NCBI GenBank assembly: GCA_963745605.1
Contig: CAVUYC010000015.1
Span: 11,437-75,436 of the forward strand
DNA: 64,000 bases
Origin: an uncultured Chloroflexia bacterium
GTDB lineage: Bacteria; Chloroflexota; Dehalococcoidia; Dehalococcoidales; UBA2162
Direction: 5' to 3'
Of this stretch, positions 8,167 through 18,190 are shown in pieces; position 1 is the first letter of the stretch, and every line of letters starts with the position of its first letter. Under the pieces are notes generated by a model. The model had not been told where the DNA came from. It did no database searches and was given only the letters and a program-made list of their open reading frames with translations. The translations under genes and the position numbers were made by a program.

Positions 8167-10308
8167 GTGTGTGGTATAGTAGTCAACGTGCGTGAAACTA
8201 ACGACGAAGACAAGCACGGGATAAGGGAACAGGAAGGCATGCCGGCCGAAAGCGGCCGTCAGACCAAGCCCGCTGAAGACAAGATAAACCCTGATCTCGT
8301 GGTCAGCCAGAAGAAGACTGGCTCCCGTCCCGGTGACGCGTATGTGCGCACCCAACGGCCCTCCCGTCGCCTCTTCAGAGGAACAAGAGGGCGTCTTGTT
8401 GCCACGCCCGAGTCTTATGAGCCTGGAAGCGGACTCGCGAGAGGTTGGCAAAGCCTCAAAGCGACTTTCATAGGCAGGCCCTTATTCTCGCGCGACGAGA
8501 TTCACGAGCGTCTGTCCAAGTCCAAAGCGCTTGCGATATTCGGCTCGGACGCCATCTCTTCGTGCGCCTACGCCAGCGAGGCATCTCTAGTAGTGCTCGT
8601 GGTTGCAGGCAGCGGAGCTCTTCATTTCAGCTTCTACATGGCATTGGGCATTGCCGTATTGCTCTCCATCGTTGCATTCTCTTACCGCCAGATTGTCTAC
8701 GCTTACCCCCAGGGTGGGGGCGCCTACAACGTAAGCCGGGCCAACCTCGGCCGCATCGCCAGTCTGGTGGCGGCCAGCGCCCTTCTGATCGACTACGTAA
8801 TGACAGTGGCCGTGTCCATTGCAGCAGGGTCTTTTGCGATCACCTCAGCCCTCGTAGCCTCAGGGCACTCAGGATTCATCTCGTCCGTTCAGGCCGCGTT
8901 GCCCCCCTTTCTCAATCTAAATGTCGTCCTCGGGCTCATATTCATCGGAATCATAGTACTCGGGAACTTGCGAGGGATCTCCGAATCTGGTTCGATATTC
9001 TCTGTTCCGACTTACCTCTTTATTGTCAGTTTCGGGATCATGTTGGTCATCGGCTTGGTCAAGTCTCTTACTGGAACACTTTTGCCCGCTGACCCTCCTC
9101 CCCTTGTCCCCATGGCTCAACCGCTAAGTCTGTGGCTTTTGCTGAGAGCCTTTTCGGCCGGAGCTGTGGCCATGAGCGGAACAGAGGCCATTTCCAACGG
9201 CGTTCCGGTGTTCAAGCCCCCCGAATCCAGGAACTCTGCCACAACCATTACTATCATGGCTACCTTATTGGGAGTGTTTTTCGTTGGCGTATCCTACCTG
9301 GCCACGCACATGAGATTGGTTCCTGGAGATCAATCGATTGTGTCACAGGTAGCTCTGTCCGTCTTCGGGCGAAACGCCTTCTACTACGTCTTTCAAGTGG
9401 CCACGATGGGCATTCTTGTGATAGCAGCGAATACCGCCTTCAGTGGTTTCCCAAGGCTTTCATGGGTTCTTGCCGCGGACAACTTCATGCCTCACAGCTT
9501 CGGTCACCGGGGTGACCGGCTCGCGTTTTCCACAGGAATACTATTTCTCGGAGGCCTATCGGGATTCCTCCTCGTCGTTTTCAGAGGAAATGTCGACGCC
9601 CTCATTCACCTCTACGCGGTCGGCGTATTCCTCGCCTTCAGCATGTCAAACACCGGCATGGTAGTCCATTGGTTAAGGACGCGCGGCGAAGGGTGGAAAA
9701 GCAGTCTCGCTGTCAACGCTGTGGGCGCAATACTCACGACGAGCGTATTGATCATCGTGGTCGTCACCAAGTTTGCCTTCGGCGCGTGGATCGTCGTCGT
9801 CCTGATTCCCGCGTTGGTTCCATTCTTCCTATCGGTGCGCCGGCACTACGACCATGTAGGCGCGCAACTCAGGATCAAAACCGATCAGCCATCTCCGGCC
9901 AGGATCGAACAGTTTGTCGTCGTACCTATCGACGACGTCAACAATGCCTCTCTTCGCGCAATGGCGTTCGCCCGAACGCTGTCCAACCGAATCATCGTGC
10001 TCCACATTTCCACAGAGGCAGAACACGCCCTTAAGGTTCAGGAGAGGATGAAGACTTATTCCCCAGACCTGAAGTTGGTCGTGGTCGAAACTCCGTTGAG
10101 GGGCATCATGCCTCCGTTACTAGCCTACGTTAATGCCTTGCACGATCAAGACCCCAAGGCATTCATTTCCATCGTCCTCCCGGAGTTCATCACTCAAGGA
10201 TGGACGGGCAGGTTTCTGCATAACCGAACGGCGGACCAACTGACCAAGGCATTCAAAAAGCACCCTAATGTCGCAGTGATCCTCGTTCCGTACCTGCTGC
10301 AAAGGTAG
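8167..10308 (+). CDS. APC-superfamily permease, YdaO/KimA-like (start uncertain, possibly 8239)
   Basis: HERLSK..ALAIFGSDAISSCAY, AYPQGGGAY, MSGTEAISNGVP, AANTAFSGFPRL, LYAVGVF and a C-terminal cytosolic domain with LPEF. Confidence 0.88.
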   Translation: MCGIVVNVRETNDEDKHGIREQEGMPAESGRQTKPAEDKINPDLVVSQKKTGSRPGDAYVRTQRPSRRLFRGTRGRLVATPESYEPGSGLARGWQSLKATFIGRPLFSRDEIHERLSKSKALAIFGSDAISSCAYASEASLVVLVVAGSGALHFSFYMALGIAVLLSIVAFSYRQIVYAYPQGGGAYNVSRANLGRIASLVAASALLIDYVMTVAVSIAAGSFAITSALVASGHSGFISSVQAALPPFLNLNVVLGLIFIGIIVLGNLRGISESGSIFSVPTYLFIVSFGIMLVIGLVKSLTGTLLPADPPPLVPMAQPLSLWLLLRAFSAGAVAMSGTEAISNGVPVFKPPESRNSATTITIMATLLGVFFVGVSYLATHMRLVPGDQSIVSQVALSVFGRNAFYYVFQVATMGILVIAANTAFSGFPRLSWVLAADNFMPHSFGHRGDRLAFSTGILFLGGLSGFLLVVFRGNVDALIHLYAVGVFLAFSMSNTGMVVHWLRTRGEGWKSSLAVNAVGAILTTSVLIIVVVTKFAFGAWIVVVLIPALVPFFLSVRRHYDHVGAQLRIKTDQPSPARIEQFVVVPIDDVNNASLRAMAFARTLSNRIIVLHISTEAEHALKVQERMKTYSPDLKLVVVETPLRGIMPPLLAYVNALHDQDPKAFISIVLPEFITQGWTGRFLHNRTADQLTKAFKKHPNVAVILVPYLLQR

Positions 10309-10329
10309 CCTTCGCTGCGTGGAGACAAG

Positions 10330-10359
10330 AAAATGGGAGGCGCAATGCGCCCCCATTTT
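10330..10359. terminator. Bidirectional terminator-like hairpin between convergent genes
   Basis: AAAATGGGAGGCGCA-A-TGCGCCCCCATTTT inverted repeat. Confidence 0.6.
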
Positions 10360-10378
10360 GACACCCAATGAACGCGCT

Positions 10379-11719
10379 CTAATACCAGCCGTATTTCTTG
10401 ACTGAATCAACCATCGCCTTCAGGTTTTCCGGCCGGGCATAGTCGATCGCGCTTCCCGGACCAAGAATGAACCCACCGTTCTTGCCCACCTTCTTGATGA
10501 GCTTTTTGCAGAGTTCTTCCACGTCCTGAGGCGAACCGGTCTGAAGAATCGTCGGTGGCACACCGCCCTGAATGCACATATGGTCTCCCAAGACCTCTTT
10601 GGCCCGGTAGATGTCGGTCAGCTCGCAGTGGAAGAGCACTCTTCCCCTGGGTAATTCCAGCAGGTACTCAAGCCTATCGTCCCAGATGCCCTCCCAAAAA
10701 GGTGCGGACACGTAACCGAGGTCCACGTTGGCGATAATCGCTTTCTTGAGTGTAGGCCAGTAAAACTTCTCGAATTGCGTCTTCGACATGAACCCCTGAG
10801 AACCACGATGAAGTGGCATCCCTGCCCGGGTTAGATTCCCCCTTGAGTCCGGCCTCGCCGGCACCGCCTGAGAAAGCCGCCACTGAAGGATCCGGTCACA
10901 AGCAGCCAGCAGCTTTTCGGGACATCGATACATGTCAAGCATCGTTCCCCGCATCCCCCTGAGGTTGTCCGATATTGTATCGAACGGAGCCGAGCCGACT
11001 CCGCCAGCCCCGAGGGTACTTCCGTATTGCGACGGAAACCCCAGGTAATTCATCACTTTCGAAAACTCAATGCCCTCACGCCGCACCCTGTCCTGTTCTC
11101 TGCCCGCCTTCGCCAGCTTCTTACCAAGCTCCTTAAACTCGGGAGCAACCAAGAGATTCAGTAAACCGGTGAACCCCATACCCCCAATCATGTTCCTGAA
11201 AGGAGGCAGCTTGCTCACTGGAGCTAGCGTCCCGTATATCCTTGGCAAATACACTCGAAAGATGAAATCGGACGGGTCATCCAGAAAGGCGTCGTATTCC
11301 TCAGCCATCATGTATTCGCCTTCAACGAACTGGTACGGTGTGTCCGCGGGGAGATTACCTCCCGGCCATCGCTGATGCCTCACTCCCAATAGCTCGTTGA
11401 CGAGACCGGAGCTAACCAGCACCATGCTGGCTCCCGTATCCGGCTCGAAATCCAAGGTGGTCTTGAGGCAAGCCTCACGGTATGCCGCATGGTCATAGTA
11501 CATGGAGGACAAGGGCAGCCCGGCGTAACGCGCGGCGAAGACACCCGTCTGGATAGTGACAGGCACCCTGTCCGGCAGCCGCAGCGCGATCGCGTCCGAA
11601 ACACGCTTCTCCCGTTCGTCACAGAGGGATTCGGCAGTCTTGCCGTGCTTCGTCTCGATCTGATCCTTTAGAGCTTTGAGGTTGCCCCGATACTCCTTGG
11701 TCTTCCCTGGGATCGCCAT
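10379..11719 (-). CDS. Uroporphyrinogen decarboxylase/MtaA-CmuA-like protein
   Basis: PDRVPV, APFDTISDNLRGMRG, PLHRGSQGF, FEKFYWP, CIQGGVP; SD AGGAGG before ATG 11719. Confidence 0.87.
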   Translation of the reverse strand: MAIPGKTKEYRGNLKALKDQIETKHGKTAESLCDEREKRVSDAIALRLPDRVPVTIQTGVFAARYAGLPLSSMYYDHAAYREACLKTTLDFEPDTGASMVLVSSGLVNELLGVRHQRWPGGNLPADTPYQFVEGEYMMAEEYDAFLDDPSDFIFRVYLPRIYGTLAPVSKLPPFRNMIGGMGFTGLLNLLVAPEFKELGKKLAKAGREQDRVRREGIEFSKVMNYLGFPSQYGSTLGAGGVGSAPFDTISDNLRGMRGTMLDMYRCPEKLLAACDRILQWRLSQAVPARPDSRGNLTRAGMPLHRGSQGFMSKTQFEKFYWPTLKKAIIANVDLGYVSAPFWEGIWDDRLEYLLELPRGRVLFHCELTDIYRAKEVLGDHMCIQGGVPPTILQTGSPQDVEELCKKLIKKVGKNGGFILGPGSAIDYARPENLKAMVDSVKKYGWY

Positions 11720-11810
11720 TTTCCCCCTCCTTTGGGCTTTCACACGTCCGAATGTGCGCTCTCGGCCACGATGTTAATGCATTGGGTCTGCAGTGTCCAG
11801 CCGCGAAAAC

Positions 11811-11843
11811 GAAAAAGGGCGAGACCCGTAGGCCTCGCCCTTT
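11811..11843 (-). terminator. Rho-independent terminator of the MarR-ABC operon
   Basis: Minus strand AAAGGGCGAG-GCCTACGGGT-CTCGCCCTTTTT. Confidence 0.75.
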
Positions 11844-11862
11844 CCTCATTGGCTGAACTAGA

Positions 11863-13783
11863 TCAGCTCGCGGACCCTTCCGCTAGTCGCAGTTCGCCAG
11901 TAGCATGCCCGTCCCCACCCTCTTTTTGCTCGGACTCATACGTCATCTTATACAACCTGGCGTACAGACCGCCGAGGGCTAGCAACTCCGAGTGAGTGCC
12001 CTCCTCGACGATACGACCGTGCTGCATGGCTACAATCCTGTCTGCTCCGCGTATCGTAGAAAGCCTATGTGCGATTACGAACGAAGTCCGTCCCTTCAAG
12101 AGCGACTTAAGCGCCTGTTGGATAGTGGCCTCAGTTGTGCTGTCCACCCGAGCGGTGGCTTCGTCCAAAACGATGATCTTGGGGTTGGCCGCGATTGCTC
12201 GAGCGAAACTAAGTAGCTGCCGCTGGCCCAGCGAGATGTTCTGGCCGCGCTCCTCCAGCACTGTATCGTAACCGTTCTCAAGCTGCATTATGAAATCATG
12301 GGCGCCCACGGCCCGCGCAGCTCCCTCGACGTCCTCGTCTTTCGCATCTGGACGACCGTAGCGGATGTTGTCTTTCACCGTACCAGAGAAAAGGAAGGGA
12401 TCCTGAAGGACCACACCCATCTGCCGCGCCAGCGAGTTATGCAGGATATCCCGAACATCGTAGCCGTCAATCCTGATGCTACCGGAGGTCACGTCATAGA
12501 GGCGCGAGATCAACGCAGTTATGGTCGTCTTCCCGCTGCCAGTCTGGCCCACCAGCGCGATCGTCTGCCCTGGCGTCACATGCAGATTGATATCCTGGAG
12601 CACAGGGACGCCCTCGACGTAGCTGAAGTCGACGTGATCAAACACCACATCGCCACGTATGGGCGGCAAAGGCTTCGCATCAGGCTTATCGGCGACCTCG
12701 ATCTTGGTGTCGAGGACCTCGAAGGCGCGTCTGTCCGCCAGCCATCGAGCGTTGAAGCTGGGCATATTGCATCACCAGTTCACGCACCGGATCGAAGAAA
12801 CGCTGAACGTATAGCGCAAAAGCGACGACGACGCCGATCTCAATCGCGCTGTTCAGAACCTGAATACCGCCAACGACGATGACCACTGAGGTGGCGATGG
12901 CAACAGAAATTTCCACAGCAGGGTTCACGAGAGCGGTGAGACGAGCGGCCTCCACATTAGCATTGAGGTTGTTTTCATTCACCTTGTCGAAACGCTTCAG
13001 ATTCTCGTCCTCGCGATTCAGGCTCTGAATGACCCTCACCCCGGAGATGTTTTCCTGAAGGTTCGTGTTTACGATAGAAATGGCCTGACGCACCTGGATG
13101 AAGGCCTTCTTTGCGCGCTCCTGCCACCACCATAGGACGAGGATGAGCAGAGGAAGGACACCCATGGTCATCAGCGCCAGGCGCCAGTCAAGCTTGAACA
13201 TCCAGAACAGAATAACCGACAGTCCGAGAAAGTCGGCCAGAACAGTGAAAAAACCCGACGTCAGCAGTTCCTGCAAAGAGGTTACGTCGTTTTGAACGCG
13301 AGACATGACCCTGCCAACCTCGTTGCGGTCGTAAAAAGCCAACGACAGCTTTTGAAGATGCGCGAACATCTGCTTACGCAATGTGAGGAGGATGTTATGG
13401 CCCATCCAGGCAGTCGTGTTCATATAGCCGTAGTAGGAAAGCCATGACAGCAGCGCCAGGCCAACGAGCTCAATTCCCGCCACGGTCAGATCGTGCATCT
13501 GTCCCTTGGTGGCAAGGGTAATCGCGTTTCCAATCACAAACGGCTGAGTGTATGAGGCGACAGAAAAAATGATCGTTCCGATTATCGCTATGACCACACG
13601 CCGCTTATACGGCCTGGCGTACTTAGCCAACCTGACAACTACCTTGTGATCGTACGCCTTTCCCAAGCTTTCATCCGACCATCCATCGGTGGCACGACGA
13701 AGAGCACCTCCAGGCCCAAACCCGCCCCCACCTCCACCACCGCCCGGGCCGCCTCCGCCGCCACCCCAACCTCCGAAAACCAT
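11863..13783 (-). CDS. Heterodimeric ABC exporter subunit (TMD+NBD), +1 frameshift near 12730
   Basis: TMD in ORF 12686-13783; NBD in ORF 11863-12765 (GQTGSGKT, ISLGQRQ, LDEAT, IAHRLSTI). Removing one base at GGACAG-A-CGCGCC joins them. Confidence 0.85.
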
Positions 13784-13818
13784 AAACGATTCCCCCTTAC
13801 TACAAGGTCACAAACAAA

Positions 13819-15615
13819 CTAGTCCGCGGCAGCGAAAGGAAGAGGTTTGGCCGAAACAGGCACAGACTTCTTCAAGGCTTCTTCCTGATCGCGGAGTTCT
13901 AAATCATAAATCCGACGATAAAAGCCGTCTTGGCCGAGAAGATAGTCATGTTTTCCGCGTTCAACGACAACTCCCCTGTTCAACACCAGAATCTCGTCAG
14001 CCATCTTGATTGTGCGCAGCCGCTGCGCAATAACGAAGGTCGTCCTGCCCTTCATCACTTCCTGGAGCGCCTGCTGGATCAGGAACTCGGTCTCTGTATC
14101 CACGCTGGACGTCGAATCATCCAGAATGAGAATGGGAGGATCGAGAAGAAGTGTCCTCGCCATTGCGACGCGTTGTTTCTGGCCACCTGAGAGAGTAAAT
14201 CCGCGTTCCCCAACATAGGTGTCGTAGCCGTTAGGCATGTCGACGACGAAGTCATGTACTCTGGCAGCCTTCGCCGCCCTCTCGATCATCTCCTGAGTCG
14301 CGTTGGGTACCCCGTAGCAGATGTTGTCCTTGATGGTCCCTGTGAACAGGAAGATGTCCTGCTGCACGATCGTCATGCAGCGGCGCAGCGAGGCCAAAGA
14401 CACAGACCGGATATCTCTATCGTCGATCTTGATAGAGCCTTCAGTCACGTCATAGAACCTGGGAAGGAGGTTCACAACCGTCGTCTTCCCGCTTCCGGGC
14501 GGCCCGAGGAGAGCAACTATCTGCCCCGGTTTGGCGTCAATATTGACGTCCTTGAGAACCGGGCTCGTCTTGTTGTAGGCGAACGATACGTGCTCAAAAG
14601 TTACGTGCCCCTGGACGCCGGACAGCACTGGCGCCCCCGCAGCCTCCTTGACCGCCGATTCGGCGTCGAGGATCTCGAAAATACGTATCCCGGCTGAGTA
14701 GGCGCGTGCCACCTGGTTTACGACCATTCCGAGACCGCGTACAGGCTGCTGCAGCAGAGTGAGAAACAGGGCAAATTGCGCCAGCCCGCCGGCAGTCAAC
14801 CGTCCGGCGACAATTTCGCTGCCGCCCACCCATATTGTGACGGCCATCCCGATCATCCATATGCCCGCCAGCGCCGGAACCGAAAACGACTGAAGGCTGG
14901 TAGAAGCGTACGAATCCTTGAATAGAGCCAACGCCTCTTTGTCGAACTTCTCCTGCTCAAGGTCCTCGCGGCCAAATGACTTGACCACTCTTGCCCCGGA
15001 GAGATTCTCCTGAAGGACTGTGGTGAGTCGGGCAAGCCCGTTCTGAACTCGAGTCCAAATTCGTCGAAGGATCGCGCTGAAGTACCCTGAACTGACGGCG
15101 ACTATGACGAGAAAGGGAAGCGTCACCAGGCCGAGCCGCCAGTCGCTTACGAACATCAGGATGGATGCACCTACCATGACCATCAGGAAATACGCGGCCT
15201 GAAGGACACCCATCTGGACGAACATCTGCACGGCTTCGACATCCTGAGTGGCCCGCGACATTAGCTGGCCAGTCTGATGGCTGTCGTGGTAGGCAAAGGA
15301 TAGCCGCTGGAGACGGTTGTAGATTGAGTTTCGCAGATCGTAGGCTACCCTCTGACCGAGCCACTGGCCCAGATACTGCCGTCCGTACTGGGAAACGGAG
15401 CGGAACGCCGCCGCAGCAAAGATAGACAGTGCGGCGATCGTCAGAACAAAGAACCTATTCGAATGCTGCTGATTGATCCCGTAGTCGATTGCCCATTTCA
15501 GTAGCGGAGGGCTGATGAGCAAGAACGCTCCAGCGCCGAACACGCAAAACCAAGCCAGCGTGAGCCTCTTCGTATACTTGAAGACAAACCGGTAGAGCCT
15601 AAGGTACGTTGACAT
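13819..15615 (-). CDS. Heterodimeric ABC exporter subunit (TMD+NBD, degenerate site)
   Basis: GPPGSGKT, LSGGQKQR, LDDSTS (D for catalytic E), IAQR (Q for switch H), as in TM287/288-type heterodimers. Confidence 0.92.
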   Translation of the reverse strand: MSTYLRLYRFVFKYTKRLTLAWFCVFGAGAFLLISPPLLKWAIDYGINQQHSNRFFVLTIAALSIFAAAAFRSVSQYGRQYLGQWLGQRVAYDLRNSIYNRLQRLSFAYHDSHQTGQLMSRATQDVEAVQMFVQMGVLQAAYFLMVMVGASILMFVSDWRLGLVTLPFLVIVAVSSGYFSAILRRIWTRVQNGLARLTTVLQENLSGARVVKSFGREDLEQEKFDKEALALFKDSYASTSLQSFSVPALAGIWMIGMAVTIWVGGSEIVAGRLTAGGLAQFALFLTLLQQPVRGLGMVVNQVARAYSAGIRIFEILDAESAVKEAAGAPVLSGVQGHVTFEHVSFAYNKTSPVLKDVNIDAKPGQIVALLGPPGSGKTTVVNLLPRFYDVTEGSIKIDDRDIRSVSLASLRRCMTIVQQDIFLFTGTIKDNICYGVPNATQEMIERAAKAARVHDFVVDMPNGYDTYVGERGFTLSGGQKQRVAMARTLLLDPPILILDDSTSSVDTETEFLIQQALQEVMKGRTTFVIAQRLRTIKMADEILVLNRGVVVERGKHDYLLGQDGFYRRIYDLELRDQEEALKKSVPVSAKPLPFAAAD

Positions 15616-16078
15616 TATTACCGCCTCGCGAGAATGCTTTTCCCAGGGCGCGCAGAGCCACGGAGACAGCGGCGAGCTCGTCTATCGACAGAGCCTTCAA
15701 CCTTTCAGCCAGTTGCTCTCGCGTCTCGGAACGGGCCAGAGACAGAGCGGCTTTGCCGGACGAAGTCAGCGAGAGGCAGATCCTCCTCCGGTCAACTGCA
15801 GCAGTTCGGTCTACTACTCCGTCCGACACCAGCTTTTGAATCAATTTTGAGGTCGTAGGAGCAGTAAGCCCGAGATGCTCGGCCACCACGTTTAAGGACG
15901 CCTGCGGATGGTGGCTGATGAAGTTCAGAGCGTTAAATTGGGGCACAGAAACATCGCGCATTGTTCGCCGGCGCATCTCAGCCCTGATTCTGCGCCACAC
16001 TAACGGCGTCACTTCGAGGAGTTGTTCTGCACAATCGGACGCAGACGGAGAAACAGTTGCCACTCCTAATGGTTGCAT
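15599..16078 (-). CDS. MarR family transcriptional regulator
   Basis: wHTH with SLNVVAEHLGLTAPTTSKLIQKLV and DRRRICLSLT..GK; heads the ABC exporter operon. Confidence 0.88.
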   Translation of the reverse strand: MQPLGVATVSPSASDCAEQLLEVTPLVWRRIRAEMRRRTMRDVSVPQFNALNFISHHPQASLNVVAEHLGLTAPTTSKLIQKLVSDGVVDRTAAVDRRRICLSLTSSGKAALSLARSETREQLAERLKALSIDELAAVSVALRALGKAFSRGGNNVNVP

Positions 16079-16084
16079 ATCGAC

Positions 16085-16114
16085 ATTATAATGAGCGCCT
16101 AAAGCAAAAGTCAA
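16085..16114 (-). promoter_or_regulatory. sigma70-like promoter of the MarR-ABC operon
   Basis: Minus strand TTGACT-18 nt-TATAAT, 6 nt before ATG 16078. Confidence 0.65.
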
Positions 16115-16232
16115 TCCGAATCTATTTTCACGTCGACGGCAACTCAGAACGAACGCCGGAATGGACGATGAACAAACATCGGGGCCTCGCGCCCACAAGG
16201 TTGACCAAATTCGTGTTAAAATCCCATACCGA

Positions 16233-17159
16233 ATGGCAACGATTTTGGTTGGGACGTGTTCGTGGACCGACCCTACTCTAATCGAATCAGGCCGGTTTTA
16301 TCCTTCGTCGGCCAAGACCGCCGAGGCACGACTGCAGTTCTACTCATCCCAGTTCCCCATAGTGGAAGTAGACAGCTCCTATTACGGCATCCCGATGGAG
16401 CAGACCGCCGGTTTGTGGGTACGACGAACGCCCCAGCAATTCGTCTTCGACGTTAAGGCATTCCGCCTGTTTACTCAGCACCCAACCCCTCGCGTGGTCC
16501 TGCCTACCGACATCAAGATGGCTCTCCCGGCACAGGCTCAGACGAAGTCGAACCTGTATCTCAAGGACCTTCCGGACCGATTGATTGACGAGCTGTGGTT
16601 GAGGTTCGAGAGAGCGATTTTGCCACTGGATAGCGCGGCAAAATTGGGAGTCGTCCTATTCCAGTTCCCGTCGTGGTTCTACCCGGGAGACGAGCAACGA
16701 GAATACATACTTTCGTGCCAGGCGAGACTCCCACAATATCGGATTGCTGTCGAATTTCGCCACAATTCATGGATGAACGACAGGAACAGGGACCGGACCC
16801 TCAGATTCCTCGGAGACAACAACCTACCGTTGGTTTGTGTTGACGAGCCCCAGGGGTTCAATTCGAGCCTTCCACCCCTGGCCGAGGCGACCTCGGACCT
16901 GGGAGTGGTCAGGTTCCACGGGAGGAACACCCAAACCTGGGAGAGCAAAGGCATCAGGACCGTCGATCGGTTCAATTACCTCTACGGGGAAGCGGAATTG
17001 CAGGAGTGGATACCACGGATCCGGGATCTGACACGACGAGTAAGTCAATTGCACGTGCTGTTTAACAACTGCTACGAGGACAAGTCGGTGGTGAATGCCC
17101 GACGTATGAAACAAATCATCGATGCCTTGCCTCAGAGCACAGCCGCCGAGTCCCAATGA
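16233..17159 (+). CDS. DUF72 (YecE-like) protein
   Basis: ILVGTCSW, VEVDSSYY, FDVKAF, LFQFP, AVEFRH, VRFHGRN, FNNC. Confidence 0.9.
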   Translation: MATILVGTCSWTDPTLIESGRFYPSSAKTAEARLQFYSSQFPIVEVDSSYYGIPMEQTAGLWVRRTPQQFVFDVKAFRLFTQHPTPRVVLPTDIKMALPAQAQTKSNLYLKDLPDRLIDELWLRFERAILPLDSAAKLGVVLFQFPSWFYPGDEQREYILSCQARLPQYRIAVEFRHNSWMNDRNRDRTLRFLGDNNLPLVCVDEPQGFNSSLPPLAEATSDLGVVRFHGRNTQTWESKGIRTVDRFNYLYGEAELQEWIPRIRDLTRRVSQLHVLFNNCYEDKSVVNARRMKQIIDALPQSTAAESQ

Positions 17160-17359
17160 TTCTGCCCCGCATGCCACGAGCGTCGGGCCACCGGCGATCC
17201 TGGAATCTGCGAACCCCATGGCACGATACTTTCGTTGACATTAAACTTTGCAGTCACTAAACTCGTATTTGAGTTCGTTCGACTTTCCTAATGATTGCAG
17301 ATTACGGGGTGCCGCACTGCGCTTCAGCTTGAACGGTTGCGCCTGCTATTGGAGGAGAC

Positions 17360-18190
17360 ATGATTCCCGAGAAGACCCCCTTCTTTATCACCGCCGAGAA
17401 CAAGGCCCTGATCCAAAGCATAATGTCTGGCAAAGAAAGGCATCCCATCAACGTGCTGATCAAAGGCAAGCACGGACTAGGCAAATCGGAGTTGGCACGA
17501 CAATTGGCCGCCACCTATCAAATGGACTACGTCCCTATTCCCATCAACCTCCTTCAGGAATCCGGCCAGCTTATGGGACATGACGAGTTCATCGACAACC
17601 AGACGCAATTCATTGAATCCAACTTCGTGAAAGCCATACGGACCCCAAACTCTCTCATCCACCTGGAGGAGTTGAATCGTCCTGAATCGCCGAAGGCATT
17701 GGGAGAACTCTTTCCTCTTCTCGACGACAGCAGGATGATCGTCCACGACAAGATAGGTGAGGTGAAAGTGGCCAAGGGAATCGTCTTCGTCGGCACGCTG
17801 AACATTGGTTTCGAGTACACCGGGATCGACCCCCTGGACGAGGCATTGAGAGACCGCTTCCACTTTGTCGAGCTCGGCTATCTGCCCCCTCCTGAGGAGA
17901 CCAAACTGATCGAAATGCGCACCGGGCTCACTGGTCCGATCCTCAACCAGCTTGTGGAACTCGTTAATTCGTTGAGATATGACGGGCAGGAGCCTGTGCA
18001 TGTCTCGACAAGACGAATGCTGATGATCGCAGAGTTGATGCAGGCTGGTCTTCCCATGCAGATGGCAATCATCAATTGCATCGGCATCGACAAGGACAAG
18101 CTGGAATCAATATTGCTTCGTCTGGATTTCGGAGGTCTCATAGGCACAGCACGAACCAGGGCAGGGGGAGGGGAGTACGTCCTTCTATGA
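17360..18190 (+). CDS. MoxR-type AAA+ ATPase (CbbQ/NorQ/CobS-like)
   Basis: Walker A GKHGLGKS, Walker B-like IHLEELNR, sensor GTLN, LDEALRDRF, VSTR; SD GGAGG. Confidence 0.88.
   Translation: MIPEKTPFFITAENKALIQSIMSGKERHPINVLIKGKHGLGKSELARQLAATYQMDYVPIPINLLQESGQLMGHDEFIDNQTQFIESNFVKAIRTPNSLIHLEELNRPESPKALGELFPLLDDSRMIVHDKIGEVKVAKGIVFVGTLNIGFEYTGIDPLDEALRDRFHFVELGYLPPPEETKLIEMRTGLTGPILNQLVELVNSLRYDGQEPVHVSTRRMLMIAELMQAGLPMQMAIINCIGIDKDKLESILLRLDFGGLIGTARTRAGGGEYVLL

Noticed and set aside
8040-8240. c-di-AMP (ydaO) riboswitch expected upstream of a KimA-like permease
   Set aside because: I could not recognise the conserved riboswitch elements; an Rfam scan would be needed
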